DNA from: Mobula hypostoma
Taxonomy: Eukaryota
NCBI RefSeq assembly: GCF_963921235.1
Contig: NC_086097.1
Location: forward strand, 192,326,001 to 192,390,000
Length of the DNA: 64,000 nucleotides
Direction of reading: 5' to 3'
In this document: positions 1 through 11,504 of the stretch, piece after piece
Position numbering within the stretch: the first letter of the stretch is position 1
Layout of the letters: every line of letters begins with the position of its first letter
The notes under the pieces: generated by a model
What the model saw: only the letters and a program-made list of their open reading frames with translations
Databases searched by the model: none
Told to the model about the DNA's origin: nothing
Translations under genes and position numbers: made by a program

Positions 1-772
1 CCCCGTGCAGGTTTGCTTCAAAGTCCTGTATGTGCAGCACGGGGTAGCGGTCTAGAGTTGTAGCCTTGTTCAGTCTGTGGTAGTTGCCGCATGGTCTCCA
101 GCCCTCGGCTGCTTTGGGCACCATGTGCAGGGGGGGAGGTCCATGGGCTGTTGGACCGCCGTACGATCCCCAATTCCTCCATCCTCTTGAACTCCTCCTT
201 CGCCAGGCAGAGCTTGTCTGGGGGGAGCCTTCATGCGCGGGCATGGAGGGATGGTCCCTGTGTCGGAATGTGGTGCTGTACTCCGTGTCTGGGCATGGCT
301 GCCGTGAACTGCAGTGCCAGAGCCGATGGAAAGTCTGCCAGGATTCTGGTGAATTTGTTTTCAGACATCGTGATGGAGTCCAGGTGTGGGGCCGACAACT
401 TGTATTCACCCAGGGAGAACATCTGGAAAGTCTTGGCATAGACCAGTCTTTTCCCTTGCAAGTCAACCAGCAGGCTGTAGGTCCGCCCCCAGGAGTGGTT
501 GGGCCACGGCGGCCAATGTGAAGTCCCATGTGAACCAGCTGGAGCTGAACTAGCTGCACTGTGCGGGTGCCGTAGGTCCGTATCATGCTGCCGTTTGCGG
601 CCCTCAGGGAGGGTCCCGTCGCCCTGTTGTGGGTGTTGTACCCCGTCGGGGGTAAGATGCTGATTTACGCTCTGGTGTCGACCAGGAAGCGGCGTCCCTA
701 CTGTTTGTCCCAGACGTACAAGAGGCTGTCCTGGTGGCCAGCTGCCATAGCCATTAGCGGCGGCTGGCCCTG

Positions 773-1444
773 TCATTTTCCGGGAACTTGCAGGACGGGC
801 GACAACGGCGGGCTTCTATGCCTCACCGCTGATGGTAGAAACTGCTGTTGGGCACGTGGTGTGGTAATCTGTCCGACAGACACCCCACTCTCCCTCTTGG
901 CTTTCCACAGCATGTCTGCCTGGGCCGCCACCTCCCGGGGTTTGCTGAAATCTGCGTCGGACAGCAGCAGGCGTATGTCCTCGGGCAGTTGCTCTAGGAA
1001 CACCTGCTCAAACATGAGGCAGGGTTTGTGTCCTTCAGCCAGGGCCAGCATCTCGTTCATTAATGCTGACGGCGGCCTGTCTCCCAAACCATCCAGGTGC
1101 ATTAAGTGGCGTGCTCGTTCGCGCCGTGAGAGTCCGAAAGTCCTTATGAGCAGGGCTTTGAATGCTGTGTATTTGCCGTCCTCCGGGGGCGACTGTATAA
1201 CCTCAACTTGTGCAGCAGTCTCCTGGTCAAGGGAGCTCAGCACGTAGTAGTAGCGAGTGGACTCCGAGGTTATCTGCCGAATGTGGAATTGTGCTTCTGC
1301 TTGTTCGAACCATAATTGAGATCGCAGCGTCCAGAAGCTTGGTAGTTTTAACAAAACTGCGTGAACAGATGCAGCGTCGGTCATCTCTGGTCCAAATATC
1401 ATTTGGGCCGTCGGGGTCACCAATTGCAGCGATGTGCTACACAC
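773..1444 (-). pseudogene. Gypsy gag-like ORF (copy 1), with a C-terminal deletion relative to copy 2
   Basis: ORF track 223 aa; collinear with ORF 4057-4710 but lacks the segment RPGPAMERTQPRGRREEASEQ. Confidence 0.85.
1409..1422 (-). other. Primer-binding site complementary to the tRNA-Trp 3' end
   Basis: Minus strand TGGTGACCCCGACG, 2 nt from the LTR end; complements the vertebrate tRNA-Trp 3' end ...CGTCGGGGTCACCA (recalled sequence). Confidence 0.85.
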
Positions 1445-1709
1445 AGCGCTAGAATAACCACACGGAGTCGATGAGTTAGAGTTGCGATGAAAGAGATTTA
1501 TTCAAACTTCGCGGCCCGCTTTAAAGCCTTCCCGTTCCCGCCCTCCTTGGGCGGGATTGCTGTGGGGAATGTATATTCCCAGACCCTTTCCGCGCGCAGG
1601 ATTTTCCCCCTGCTGGTGAAGATGGCCTGGCGCCCTTTTTGCTGCCGGCCCTCTGCCTGCGCGCGCTGTTGTGAGCCGGTTCGTGTGTGCCAGAAAGTGG
1701 GTCGCCACA
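1425..1709 (-). repeat. 5' LTR of Gypsy copy 1 (285 bp)
   Basis: TG...CA termini with imperfect inverted ends (TGCAGCGA/TCGCCACA); minus-strand AATAAA at 1497-1502; adjacent PBS. Confidence 0.88.
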
Positions 1710-1959
1710 GTCCCACTAAAAATGTAGAACTCTATGGAACTATTCATTCATAACCAAAGTTTTGAAATAAACCATGCAGTTTTAACTTTTAATCTTGTAT
1801 TTTATTGCCTGCTATTATCTTTGTGACCTAATGGTTAAATACAGCTAGGTATCCTTTAAGATTGGAGAGATTCTACCATCAGGTCTCCCTTGGCAGTTTG
1901 CTTGGTATGAATAAAGACCTCTTATAACTACAGTTCCGGACTCTGTGTGGATCTTTAAA

Positions 1960-2780
1960 AGTGAAAAGCTGTGGGGGTCTGAGGCGCAGAGGGATCAAGG
2001 TATCCTAGTACATACTCTGCTAGGGAGTACTGAAGGAGGGTCTGGGTCAAAAACGTCGACTGTATATTCATTTCCATCGATGCTGCCTGACCTGTTGAGA
2101 TCCTTCAGCATTTTGTGGATACTGAGTGTCCTTGAAGAGGGAACATAGTGGGGATGTTCCCAACTGTGGTAGAACCTCAAAATTAAAGGATCAACTTTTT
2201 AAGACAGAAATGAGGTGCAACTTTTTTTCCTCAAGAAAGCCATAAGTCTTTGAAATTGTCTTCCTCAAAGGATAGTGGAAGCAGAATTTCATAATTATTT
2301 TTAAAAAGAGATTAATAAATAGTTAATAAGCAAACAGGTAAAAGATTACTGGGGGAAGGAAGGAATGCAGTTTTGATAATATATTTAGATCAACTATGAT
2401 CTTAGTGTGGGCACATGGCCAAGTGGTTAAGGAATTGGACTAGCGACCTGAAGGTCGTGAGTTTGAGCCCCAGCTAAGGCAATGTGTTGTGTCCTCGAGC
2501 AAGGCACTTAATCACACACTGCTCTGTGACGACACTGGTGCCAAGCTGTATGAGTCCTAATATCCTTCCCTTGGACAACATTGGTGTCGTGGAGAGGGGA
2601 GACTTGCAGCGTGGGCAACTGCTGGTCTTCCATACAACCTTGCCCAAGCCTGCGCCCTGGAGAGTGAAGACTTTCCTAGGCGCAGATCCATGATCTCGCA
2701 AGACTAACAGATGCCTTTACTCTGATTTTATGGGATACCACAGCAGATCTGAGGCCTACTCCTAATTCTTATATTCACAT
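1960..2780 (+). mobile_element. Old CR1 LINE 3' fragments, interrupted by a Penelope pLTR scrap (~2025-2120) and a SINE (2405-2718)
   Basis: CR1 3' motifs (tttaagacagaaatgagg..tttttt..cag; gatcaactatgatctt..cctactcctaatt). Confidence 0.65.
2405..2718 (+). mobile_element. tRNA-derived SINE with CORE-like central segment
   Basis: A box TGGCCAAGTGG, B-box-like GAGTTTGAGCC, CORE-like GTGTCCTCGAGCAAGGCACTTAA; diverged TSD ACTATGATCTTA (2393-2404) / ACTCTGATTTTA (2719-2730). Confidence 0.85.
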
Positions 2781-3089
2781 GCTAATTTTCCAAAATATGT
2801 GTTAATGGTTCTACCATATACAAACGTGTAGTTATTAGCACAATCTGATCATTTCCATATCCTGTTTTTTTTTGTAGTCCTTACATTACAAAAGGACATT
2901 TTAAGATTTTCTAGTACATTTTAAGTACCAGATTTAACTTTTCAAAGTTACCATCATAAATAGCACCATGTGGAGTTAAGCAGTAGAAGTCCACTGAGAG
3001 ACAGTTATTCAAATCTGTGGCAGATCAGTCCTAATGCAGTATCTCTGATACCACTGATGTTGGTACCAGAATGTTGTTGTTGTGTGCTT

Positions 3090-3556
3090 CAATTTTCAGA
3101 AAGCCTTTGACAAGGTGCCACCCATTAGGCTGCTTAACAAGGTATTACAGGAAAGATTCTAGCATGGATAAAGTGTGGCTGATTGGCAGGAGGCAAAGAG
3201 TTGGGGTAAAGGAGCCTTTTCTGGCTGGCTACCGGTGACTAATGGTGTTCCACAGGGGTCTGTGTTGGGAATGATTATTTTTATGTTATCTAGGATGATA
3301 GAATTGATGGCTTTGTCGCAAAGTTTGCAGATGATACAAAGACAGGTGGAGGGGCAGGTAGTTTGAGGAAATAAGGTGGCTACCGAACGACTTAGATAGA
3401 TTAGGAGAATGGGCAAAGAAGTGGCTGATGGAATACCGTGTCAGGAAGTATTTGGTCTTGAACTTTGGTAGAAGTAATGAAAGGGTTGGCTATTTTCTAG
3501 ATGGAGAGGAAATACAAAAACCTGAGGTGCAAAAGGATTTGGGAGTCCTTGTGCAG
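3090..3556 (+). mobile_element. CR1 LINE ORF2 (RT) fragment
   Basis: [18 protein letters not shown] and KFADDTK motifs in broken frames. Confidence 0.9.
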
Positions 3557-3990
3557 GTTTTCAGACAGCGTGATGGAGTCCAGGTGTGGGGCCGGTAACT
3601 TGGCTTCACCCAGGGAGAACGTCTGGAAAGTCCTGGCATGGACCAGTCTTTTCCCTTGCAAGTCGACCAGCAGGCTGTGGGGTTGCAAGAAGTCCGCCCC
3701 CAGGAGTGGTTGGGCCACAGCGGCCAGTGGGAAGTCCCACGTGAATCGGCTGGTGCTGAACTGCAGCTGCACTGTGCGGGTGCCATAGGTCCGTATCGTG
3801 CTGCCGTTTGCAACCCACAGAGTGGGTCCCGGCTCCCTTTTGCGGGTGTCATACCCCATCGGGGGTAAGACGCTGATTTCCGCTCCAGTGTCAACTAAGA
3901 AGCGGCGTCCCGACTGTTTGTCCCAGACATACAAGAGGCTGTCCTGGTGGCCAGCTGCCATAGCCATTAGCGGCAGCTGGCCCTGGCGTT
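3557..3990 (-). pseudogene. Retropepsin-like aspartic protease (pol N-terminus), copy 2
   Basis: RRFLVDTGAEISVLPP active-site motif and LLGADFL flap-distal motif in ORF 3497-4057. Confidence 0.9.
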
Positions 3991-4056
3991 TTCCAGGAAC
4001 TTGCAGGGCGGGTGACAATGGCAGGTTTCTGTGCGCCACCACTGGTGGTAGAAACA

Positions 4057-4710
4057 CTACTGTTCACTGGCCTCCTCCCTCCTGCCTCTGGGTTGTGTGC
4101 GCTCCATTGCCGGGCCTGGTCTGGCCTGCTGTTGGGCACGCGGCTTGGTAATCTGTCCGACAGACGCCCTGCTCTCCCTCTTGGCTTTCCACAGCACCTC
4201 TGCCCGGGTGACCACCTTCCGGGGCTCACTGAAACCTGCTTCGGCCAGCAGCAGATGTATGTCCTCGGGCAGTTGCTCTAGGGACGCCTGCTCAAACATG
4301 AGGCAGGACTTGTGTCCTTCAGCCAGGGCCAGCATCTCGTTCATTAATGCTGACGGTGGCCTGTCTCCCAAACCATCCAGCTGCAGCAAGCGGGCACCTT
4401 GCTCACGCAGTGAGAGGCCCAATGTTCCTACGAGCAGCGCTTTGAATGCTGCATATTTGCCGCCTTCTGGGGGTGACTGTATGAAATCCTCAACCTGGGC
4501 GGCTGTCTCTTGGTCAAGGGAGCTCAGCACATAATAGTAACGTGTGGAATCAGAAGATATCTGCCGAATCTGGAACTGGGCTTCTGCTTGGTCAAACCAC
4601 ACGCATGGTCGCAGCGTCCAGAAAGTTGGCAGTTTTAGCGAAACTGCGTGAACAGATGAAGAGTCGATCATCTTTGGTCCAAATCCTGTTTGGACCGTCG
4701 GGGTCACCAA
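4057..4710 (-). pseudogene. Gypsy gag-like ORF (copy 2)
   Basis: 217-aa ORF ending at a premature TAG just before a CFYH..C..C zinc-knuckle-like motif in the same frame. Confidence 0.87.
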
Positions 4711-4997
4711 TGTAGCGATGTGCTACACACAAAGCTAGAAATAATGACACGAAGTCTGTAAGTTGCACTCCAGAGTGTTTATTCAAACTTCGCAGCACTG
4801 GCTTTTACGCAGTTCCATTCCCGCCCTCGCCAGATGGAAATGATGTCAGAGGTGCATTACAGAAGTCACTTCTCGCGTGGGCTTTCCCCCCTTGCTGGTG
4901 AAGAAGAAGGCCCAGCGCCATTTTGGGGCTGGCCTCTCTGCCGACGCACGCGCCATTTTGTTAGCCAATTCGCCTGCGTAGAAAGTGGGTCGCCACA
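4711..4997 (-). repeat. 5' LTR of Gypsy copy 2 (287 bp)
   Basis: TGTAGCGA...TCGCCACA termini; homologous to 1425-1709; adjacent PBS TGGTGACCCCGACG at 4696-4709. Confidence 0.88.
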
Positions 4998-4999
4998 AT

Positions 5000-5390
5000 A
5001 GATAACACGTAATTTGAAATTTAGCTCAGAGTCAATAGTAATGCCTAACTTCTTTACTTCTGGTTTGATTTGTAGGCAAGATGATCAAGTTTATTTCTCA
5101 GACACACTTGCTACCAATATCTTAAAATTTCTGTTTTTTCCTTATTTAGTTTAAGGAAATTCAAACTAATCCATACCGTAATGCCTAAAGATACTGAAGG
5201 GTATAGACCTGGGGCACCCAACCTGGAGTCTATGGACCCCTTGCTTAATGTTATTGGTCCATGCCATAGAAAAGGTTGGGAACCCTTGGTTTAGAGCCTC
5301 AGGGTTACCTGGCGTAATAGAAAAATAAGTTGTGTTTCACGAGCATAGCTATAGTAATTCACTTTGTGTTGTGTTCATATGATGACAAGT
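5000..5390 (-). mobile_element. Old L2-like LINE RT fragment
   Basis: Minus-strand translation gives SYARETQLIF (degenerate YADDTQLY) and WISLNFLKLNKEKTEIL. Confidence 0.7.
5209..5288. mobile_element. 80-bp hAT-type MITE
   Basis: TIR-like ends CTGGGGCACCCAACCT / AGGTTGGGAACCCTTG; 8-bp TSD GTATAGAC/GTTTAGAG with central TA; second copy at 50675-50754. Confidence 0.8.
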
Positions 5391-5699
5391 TCAGTAGAAT
5401 GGTGGTGTGGGATTGTGGCTTCGTTGTCAGAAACTCCTGACAGTGTTGCTTAAGATATCAGACCAAATTTGGGAAAAAAATTGCTGAAAAAGCAAATGTG
5501 CGAAAGTCTGCAATTTGTTTCAAAAATATTGGTATAATTTGCAGACTGATTGAAACTCACATTAATTATCCCTCACACAAGTAGTAGTCTACATAATAAG
5601 CGGGTACAGAGGATAGTTTATAGTTTGCTGATTTATTTGATTGTGTTCTGTTTTTATGACATTTTCACCTTGCTGATTATCTACCTTGCTTTTTGGAAT

Positions 5700-6130
5700 C
5701 TCTGCAGGTCCAATGAGATTCTGCTACCATTCCCTTTCCCTCGTCGTATTTTGAAGTGTTTGATCCTTTCTATTCCAAATAGCTGCTCTCTGTCCTGTTG
5801 CAGTTTTCCATGCAACCACAGCAAATACGAACCCTGCACCTTGCTTCTTCCCTTCCCACTGTTCAGGGATACAGACTACCTTTCCAGATGAAGCAGTGAT
5901 TCACTTGCACTTCTTCCAGTCCCATGTGTCATATTCATTGATTGCTTTGCATTGCACTTGCTGTATGATCCATCTCCTGTGGCCCAGAGCTCAAAGTTGC
6001 CAACCACTTAAATCTGCCATCAGACTCCCACTTTGTCTTATCTCCTTCACCACTATAATGAAGAACAGCTCAAGCATGGGTTAAATCACCATGATTTCCA
6101 GCTGGGCATGTTGTTACCTCTCAGACTCCT
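5700..6130 (+). mobile_element. Highly decayed Penelope-like element fragment (endonuclease region)
   Basis: Patchy similarity to 28600-29030 (ttccagatgaagcagtgattcacttgcac; gaagaacagc). Confidence 0.5.
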
Positions 6131-7762
6131 TTCCCCAACTTCCAATAATTCACTTTCTCTGACTCCATCAGAACTCATCATATTTTCAGAAAGCCATCCA
6201 TCTGTGATATTGGCTCAGTTTTTTTTTGGTTTGTCCATTAGTAAATGTTGCTCTGCTACTTCCAACACATCATCCACCTTTGCTGGTCTCCATTGCCCCA
6301 TTAACAATTCATGGAAACAGGCTAACTCCTATAAACAGCAATGGATCTGGGGTTGAGAAGGTGAACAGCTTTAGGTTCCTAAACATCACCGAGGATCTCA
6401 TGTGGTCTGCACATACCAGCTGAGTGGTGAAAAACCTCAGATAGTTGAAGAAAAAACATAGAAAACATACAGCCCACAATGTTGTGCCGAACATGTACTT
6501 ACTTTAGAAATTACCTAGGGTTACCCATAGCCCTCTAATTTTCTACGCTCCATTTACCTATCCAGGAGTCTCTTAAAGGATCCTATCATATCCACCTCCA
6601 CCACCATTGCTGGCGGCCCATTCCATGCACTCACTACTCTTCTGCATTGAAAACTGACCCCTGATATCTCCTTACCCCTGCCCTCTCATGTTAGCCATTT
6701 CAGCCCTTGGACTATTCACTCCATCAATGCCTCTCATCTTATACACCTCTATCAGGTCACCTCTCATCCTTCGTTGCTCCAAGGAGAAAACCTATTCTCA
6801 TGAGGCATGCTCCCCAATCCAGGGAACATCCTTGTAAATTTCCTCTGCATCCTTTTTAAAGTTTTCGATCCTTCCTGTGGTGAGGTGACCAGAACTGAGC
6901 ACAGTACTCCGAGTGGAGTCTGTCTGACCAGGGTCCAAAATAGCTGTAACATTACCTCTTTAATTCAATCCCATGGTTGATGAAGGCCAATGCACCGTAT
7001 GCTTTCTTAACCGCAGAGACAACTGCCCAGTAGCTTTGAGTGTCCTATGGGCTCGGTACCCAAGATCCCCCAATCCTCCACACTGTAAAGAGTCTTACCA
7101 TTAACACTATACTCTGCTATTATATTTGATCTAACAAAATGAACCACCTCACACTTATGTGGGTTGAACTCCATCTGCCACTTCTCAGCCCAGTTTTGCA
7201 TCCTATCGATGTCCTGCAGTAACTTTTGACAACCCTCCAGACTATCCATAACACCCCCAACCTTTGTGTCATCAGCAAACTTACTAACCCACCCTGCCAC
7301 TTCCTCATCCAGGTCATTTATAAAAGTCACGAAGAAAAGTGGTCGCAGAACAGATCCCTGAGGCACACCACTGGTCACTGACCTCTATTCAGAATATGAC
7401 CCGTCAACAACCACTCTTTGCCTTCTAGGCAAGCCAATTCTAGATCCACAAAGCAATGTCCCCTTGGATTCCATGCCTCCTTAGTTTCTCAATAAGCCTT
7501 GCATGGGGTACCTTATCAAATGCCTTGCTAAAATCCATATACATAACATCTACTGCTCTACCTTCATCAATTTATTTAGTCACATCCTCAAAAAATTCAA
7601 TCATTGCGTAAGGCACAGCCAGCCTTTGACAAAGCCATGCTAGCTATTCCTAATCATATTATGCCTCTCCAAATGTTCAAAAATCCTCTCATTTCAGGAT
7701 CTTCTCCATCAACTTACCAACCACTGAAATAAGACTCACTGGTCTAATATTTCCTGGGCTAT

Positions 7763-8806
7763 CCTGCAGAAGGCAGAGGGTGGTGGTGGAGGGAGTACAT
7801 TCAGATTGGAGGATTGTGACTAGTGGTGTCCCACAAGGATCTGTTCTGGGACCTCTACTTTTCATGATTTTATTAACGACCTGGATGTGGGGGTAGAAGG
7901 GTGGGTTGGCAAGTTTGCAGAAGACACAAAGGTTGGTGGTGTTGTAGATAGTGTAGAGGATTGTCAAAGATTGCAGAGAGACATTGATAGGATGCAGGAG
8001 TGGGCTGGGAAGTGGTAGATGGAGTTCAACCCGGAGAAGTGTGATGTGGTACACTTTGGAAGGACAAACTCCAAGGCAGAGTACAAAGTAAATGGCAGGA
8101 TACTTGGTAGTGTGGAGGAGCAGAGGGATCTCAGGGTACATGTCCACAGATCCCTGAAAATTGCCTCACAGGTGGATAGGGTAGTTAAGAAAGCTTATGG
8201 GGTGTTAGCTTTCATAAGTCGAGGGATAGAGTTTAAGAGTCGCGTTGTAATGACGCAGCTCTATAAAACTCTGATTAGGTCACACTTGTTGTACTGTGTC
8301 CATTTCTGGTCACTTCACTATAGGAAGGATGTGGAAGCATTGGAAAGGGTACAGAGGAGATTTACCAGGATGCTGCCTGGTTTAGAGAGTATGCATTATG
8401 ATCAGAGATTAAGGGAGCTAGGGCTTTACTCTTTGGAGAGAAGGAGGATGAGAGGAGACATGATAGAGGTGTACAAGATAATAAGAGGAATAGATAGAGT
8501 GGATAGCCAGCACCTCTTCCCCAGGGCACCACTGATCAATGCAAGAGGACATGGCTTTTAAGGTAAGGGGTGGGAAGTTCAAGGGGGATATTAGAGGAAG
8601 GTTTTTTACTCAGAGAGTGGTTGGTGTGTGGAATGCACTGCCTGAGTCAATGGTGGAGGCAGATACCCTAGTGAAGTTTAAGAGACTACTAGACAGGTAT
8701 ATGGAGGAATTTAAGGTGGGGGCTTATATGGGAGGCAGGGTTTGAGGATCGGCAAAACATTGTGGGCCGAAGGGCCTGTACTGTGCTGTACTAGTCTATG
8801 TTCTAT
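7763..8806 (+). mobile_element. 5'-truncated younger CR1 nested in the opposite-strand CR1
   Basis: ORF 8019-8561 (RT C-terminus); TCTATGTTCTAT tail; CTATC at both junctions; host sequence resumes after it; close match to 60277-61303. Confidence 0.93.
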
Positions 8807-10378
8807 CTCTATTTCCTTCCTTGAATAAGGGAACAATATCTGCAACCCTCCAATCCTCCGCAACCTTTCCCATCCCCATTGATGATACAAAGATCATTGC
8901 CAGAGCTCAGCAATTTCCTCCTTCACCCGTCACAGTAGCCTGGGGTATATCTCTTCCAATCCCGGTGACTTATCCAACTTGATGCTTTCCAAAAGCTCCA
9001 GCACATCCTCTTTCTTAATGTTTATATGCTGAAGCTTTTCAGCCCACTGAAAGTCATCCCTACAATCACCAAGATCCTTTTCAGTAGTGAATACTGAAGC
9101 AAAGTATTAATTAAGTACTGTACCTCCGCTATCTCTTCCAGTTCTATACACACTTTTCCACTGTCACACTTGATTGGTTCTATTCCTGCCAAGGTCTTCT
9201 CATGGCCTCTTCTGGCTCTCCTAATTTCATTCTTAAGCTCCTTCTGGCTAGCCTTATAATCTTCTAGATCTCTATCATTACCTAGTTTTTTGAACCTTTC
9301 GTAAGCCTTTCTTTTCTTCTTGTCTAGATTTTCAACAGCCTTTGTACACCACGGTTTCTGTACCGTACCGTCCTTTCCATGTCTCATTGGAACGTACCTA
9401 TGCAGAACGCCACGCAAATATCCCCTGAACATTTGCCACATTTCTGCCATACATTTCACTGAGAACATCTGTTGCCAATTCACGCTTCCAAGTTCCTGCC
9501 TGATAGCCTCATATTTCCCCTTGCTCAAATTAAACGTTTTCCTAACTTCTCTGTTCTTATCCCTCTCTAATGCTATGGTAAAGGAGATAGAATTGTGATC
9601 ACTAACTCTAAAATGCTCTCCCACTGAGAGATCTGACACCTGACCAGGTTCATTTCCCAATACCAGATCAAGTACAGCCTCTCCTCTTGTAGGCTTATCA
9701 ACATATTGTATCAGGAAACCTTCCTAAACACACCTAAGAAACTCCACCCCATCTGAACCCCTTGCTCTAGGGAGATGCCAATCAATACTTGGGAAATTAA
9801 AATCTCCCACCCCAGCAACCCTGTTATTATTACACCTTTCCAAAACCTGTCTCCCTATCTGCTCTTTGATGTCCCTGTTACTATTGGGTAGTCTATAAAA
9901 AACATCCAGTATCTCCTGTTCCTAATTTCCACCCACGGAGACTCAGTAGATAATTCCTCTATGACTTCCTCCTCTTCTGCAGTCGTGACACTATCTCTGA
10001 TCAGCAGAGCCATGTCCCCACCTCTTTTTCCTCCCTCCCTGTCTTTTCTGAAACATCTAAAGCCTGGCAATCTAAGTTAGCATTCCTGCCCCTGAGCCAT
10101 CCAAGTCTCTGTAATGGCCACACCATCATAGCTCCAAGTATTGATCCATGCTCTAAGCTCATTCACTTTGTTCATGATACTCGTTGCATTAAAATAGACA
10201 CATCTCAAACTTCTCTATCACCTGCCTATCCTCTGTCCGTCTACAAGCTTTCTTTATATGGGAGCCAACCGCCCCTTCCTCTGTCTCTTCAGTTCAGTTC
10301 CCACCCCCCAGCAATTCTCCCCAATCGCCTTAGTAAACCTCCCTGTCAGGATATTGGTCCCCCTTGGATTCAAGTGCA

Positions 10379-10673
10379 TGTGTAGCATGTGGCCAAGTGG
10401 TTAGGGCGTTGGGCTCACAATCTGAAGGTCGTGGGTTTTTAAGTCTCGGCCAGGGCAGCGTGTTGTGTTTTTCAGCAAGGCACTTAACCACACACTGCTC
10501 CAGTCCACCCAGCTGAGAATGGGTACTGGCAAAATGCTGGGTGTTAACCTCATGATAGACTGGCACCCTATCCGGGGGGAGTCTCGTACTCTCAGTCGCT
10601 TCACGCCACAGAAACAGGTATAACCACCAGCATGATGGGCAGCAAAGGCTCGGGACAGACTTTAACTTTAACT
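10379..10673 (+). mobile_element. tRNA-derived CORE-type SINE with (AACTTT)n tail
   Basis: A box TGGCCAAGTGG; CORE-like AGCAAGGCACTTAACC..CAGTCCACCCAGCTG..AATGGGTAC; perfect 15-bp TSD TTGGATTCAAGTGCA (10364-10378 / 10674-10688). Confidence 0.92.
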
Positions 10674-11504
10674 TTGGATTCAAGTGCAACCTGTTCTATT
10701 TGTATAGGTCACGCCTGCCCTAAAAGAGATTCCAATGATCCAGAAATCTGAATCCCTGCCCCCTGCTCCAATCCCTCAGCCATGCATTTATCCTCCACTT
10801 CATTCTATTCCTATACTCCCTGTCACGTGGCATAGCGACTAATCCCCAGATTACTACCTTTGAATTCCTGCTTCTCAACTTCCTTCCTAAATCCCTGTAG
10901 TCTGTTTTCAGGACCTCCTCCCTTTTCCTGTCTATGCCGCTGGTACCAATAAGTACCACAACATTAGGCTGTTCTCCTTCTCACTTCACTATATTGTGGA
11001 CACGATCAGAAACATCCCGGACCCTAGCACCTAGGAGGCAAACTACCATCCATGTTTCTTTCCTGCAGCCACAGAATCACCTGTGTGACCCCCTAGCTAT
11101 GGAGTCCCCTATTACTGATTCCATCCTCTTCCTTTCCCTACCCTTCTGAGCCACAGGGCCAGACTCTGTGCCAGAAGCATGGCTACTGTTGCTTCCCCCA
11201 GGCAGGTCGTTCCCCCCCAACAGTACTCAAACAGGAGTACTTATCCAGACATCACACATCTGACAGCCAGTACAGAACACTGGCCTCACGGACGTACTTC
11301 CTGTTTCTATTCTTCACAAGTAACTTACCTGGCTTCAACCTGTTATCACTGAAATACCGTTCAGCCAAAGCACTCTTACAGTGTCTCCCTTTATTTGTCA
11401 CCCACTCTATAAAACTCTCTTCCTTTAAAATCCTTCCCACTGGTCTAACTCGCTGATGTTGATGCACTTGTGCAGTCATGCATAGAACTTTGGAATGGCC
11501 CTCT

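Larger units (their letters stand above)
1..1709 (-). mobile_element. Gypsy/Ty3 LTR retrotransposon, 5' part (5' LTR, PBS, gag, protease, start of RT); runs off the window edge; decayed
   Basis: Gag-like ORF 773-1444 (LKLPSFW..WFEQAEAQF..YYYVLSSLD). Downstream minus-strand frames give a stop-interrupted protease and an RT N-terminus (HGVQHHIPTQGP..EFKRMEELGIVRRSNSPWTSPLHMVPK..WRPCG..DRYP). LTR and PBS are present. Confidence 0.93.
3557..4997 (-). mobile_element. Gypsy LTR retrotransposon copy 2 (5' LTR, PBS, gag, aspartic protease), 3'-truncated
   Basis: gag ORF 4057-4710; protease ORF 3497-4057 with FLVDTGAEISVLP and LLGADFL; PBS 4696-4709; LTR 4711-4997. Confidence 0.94.
6454..11480 (-). 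mobile_element. Near full-span CR1 LINE (ORF1 SGNH esterase, ORF2 EN+RT, 3' tail) with deletions; hosts a CR1 insert (7763-8806) and a SINE (10379-10673)
   Basis: ORF1 esterase frame 10720-10959 (VLIGTSGI..FRFLDHW); EN frames 9855-10070 and 9022-9660 (SDHN); RT frame 7007-7378 (GVPQGS, FADDTK); tail at ~6454-6470. Confidence 0.92.

Noticed and set aside
2405..2475. tRNA gene (also at 10379 and 31006)
   Set aside because: A/B boxes belong to SINE heads; no complete cloverleaf, and they are followed by SINE body and tail.
84..4534. Plus-strand ORFs over the Gypsy elements
   Set aside because: Antisense shadows of GC-rich gag/pol with no recognisable domains.
1425..4997. The two LTRs as the paired ends of one element
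   Set aside because: Each LTR has its own PBS and gag on the same side, the interiors are too divergent, and unrelated repeats lie between them.
7689..8147. 152-aa ORF (also 56455-56883 and 15837-16154)
   Set aside because: Artefacts spanning nested-insertion junctions.
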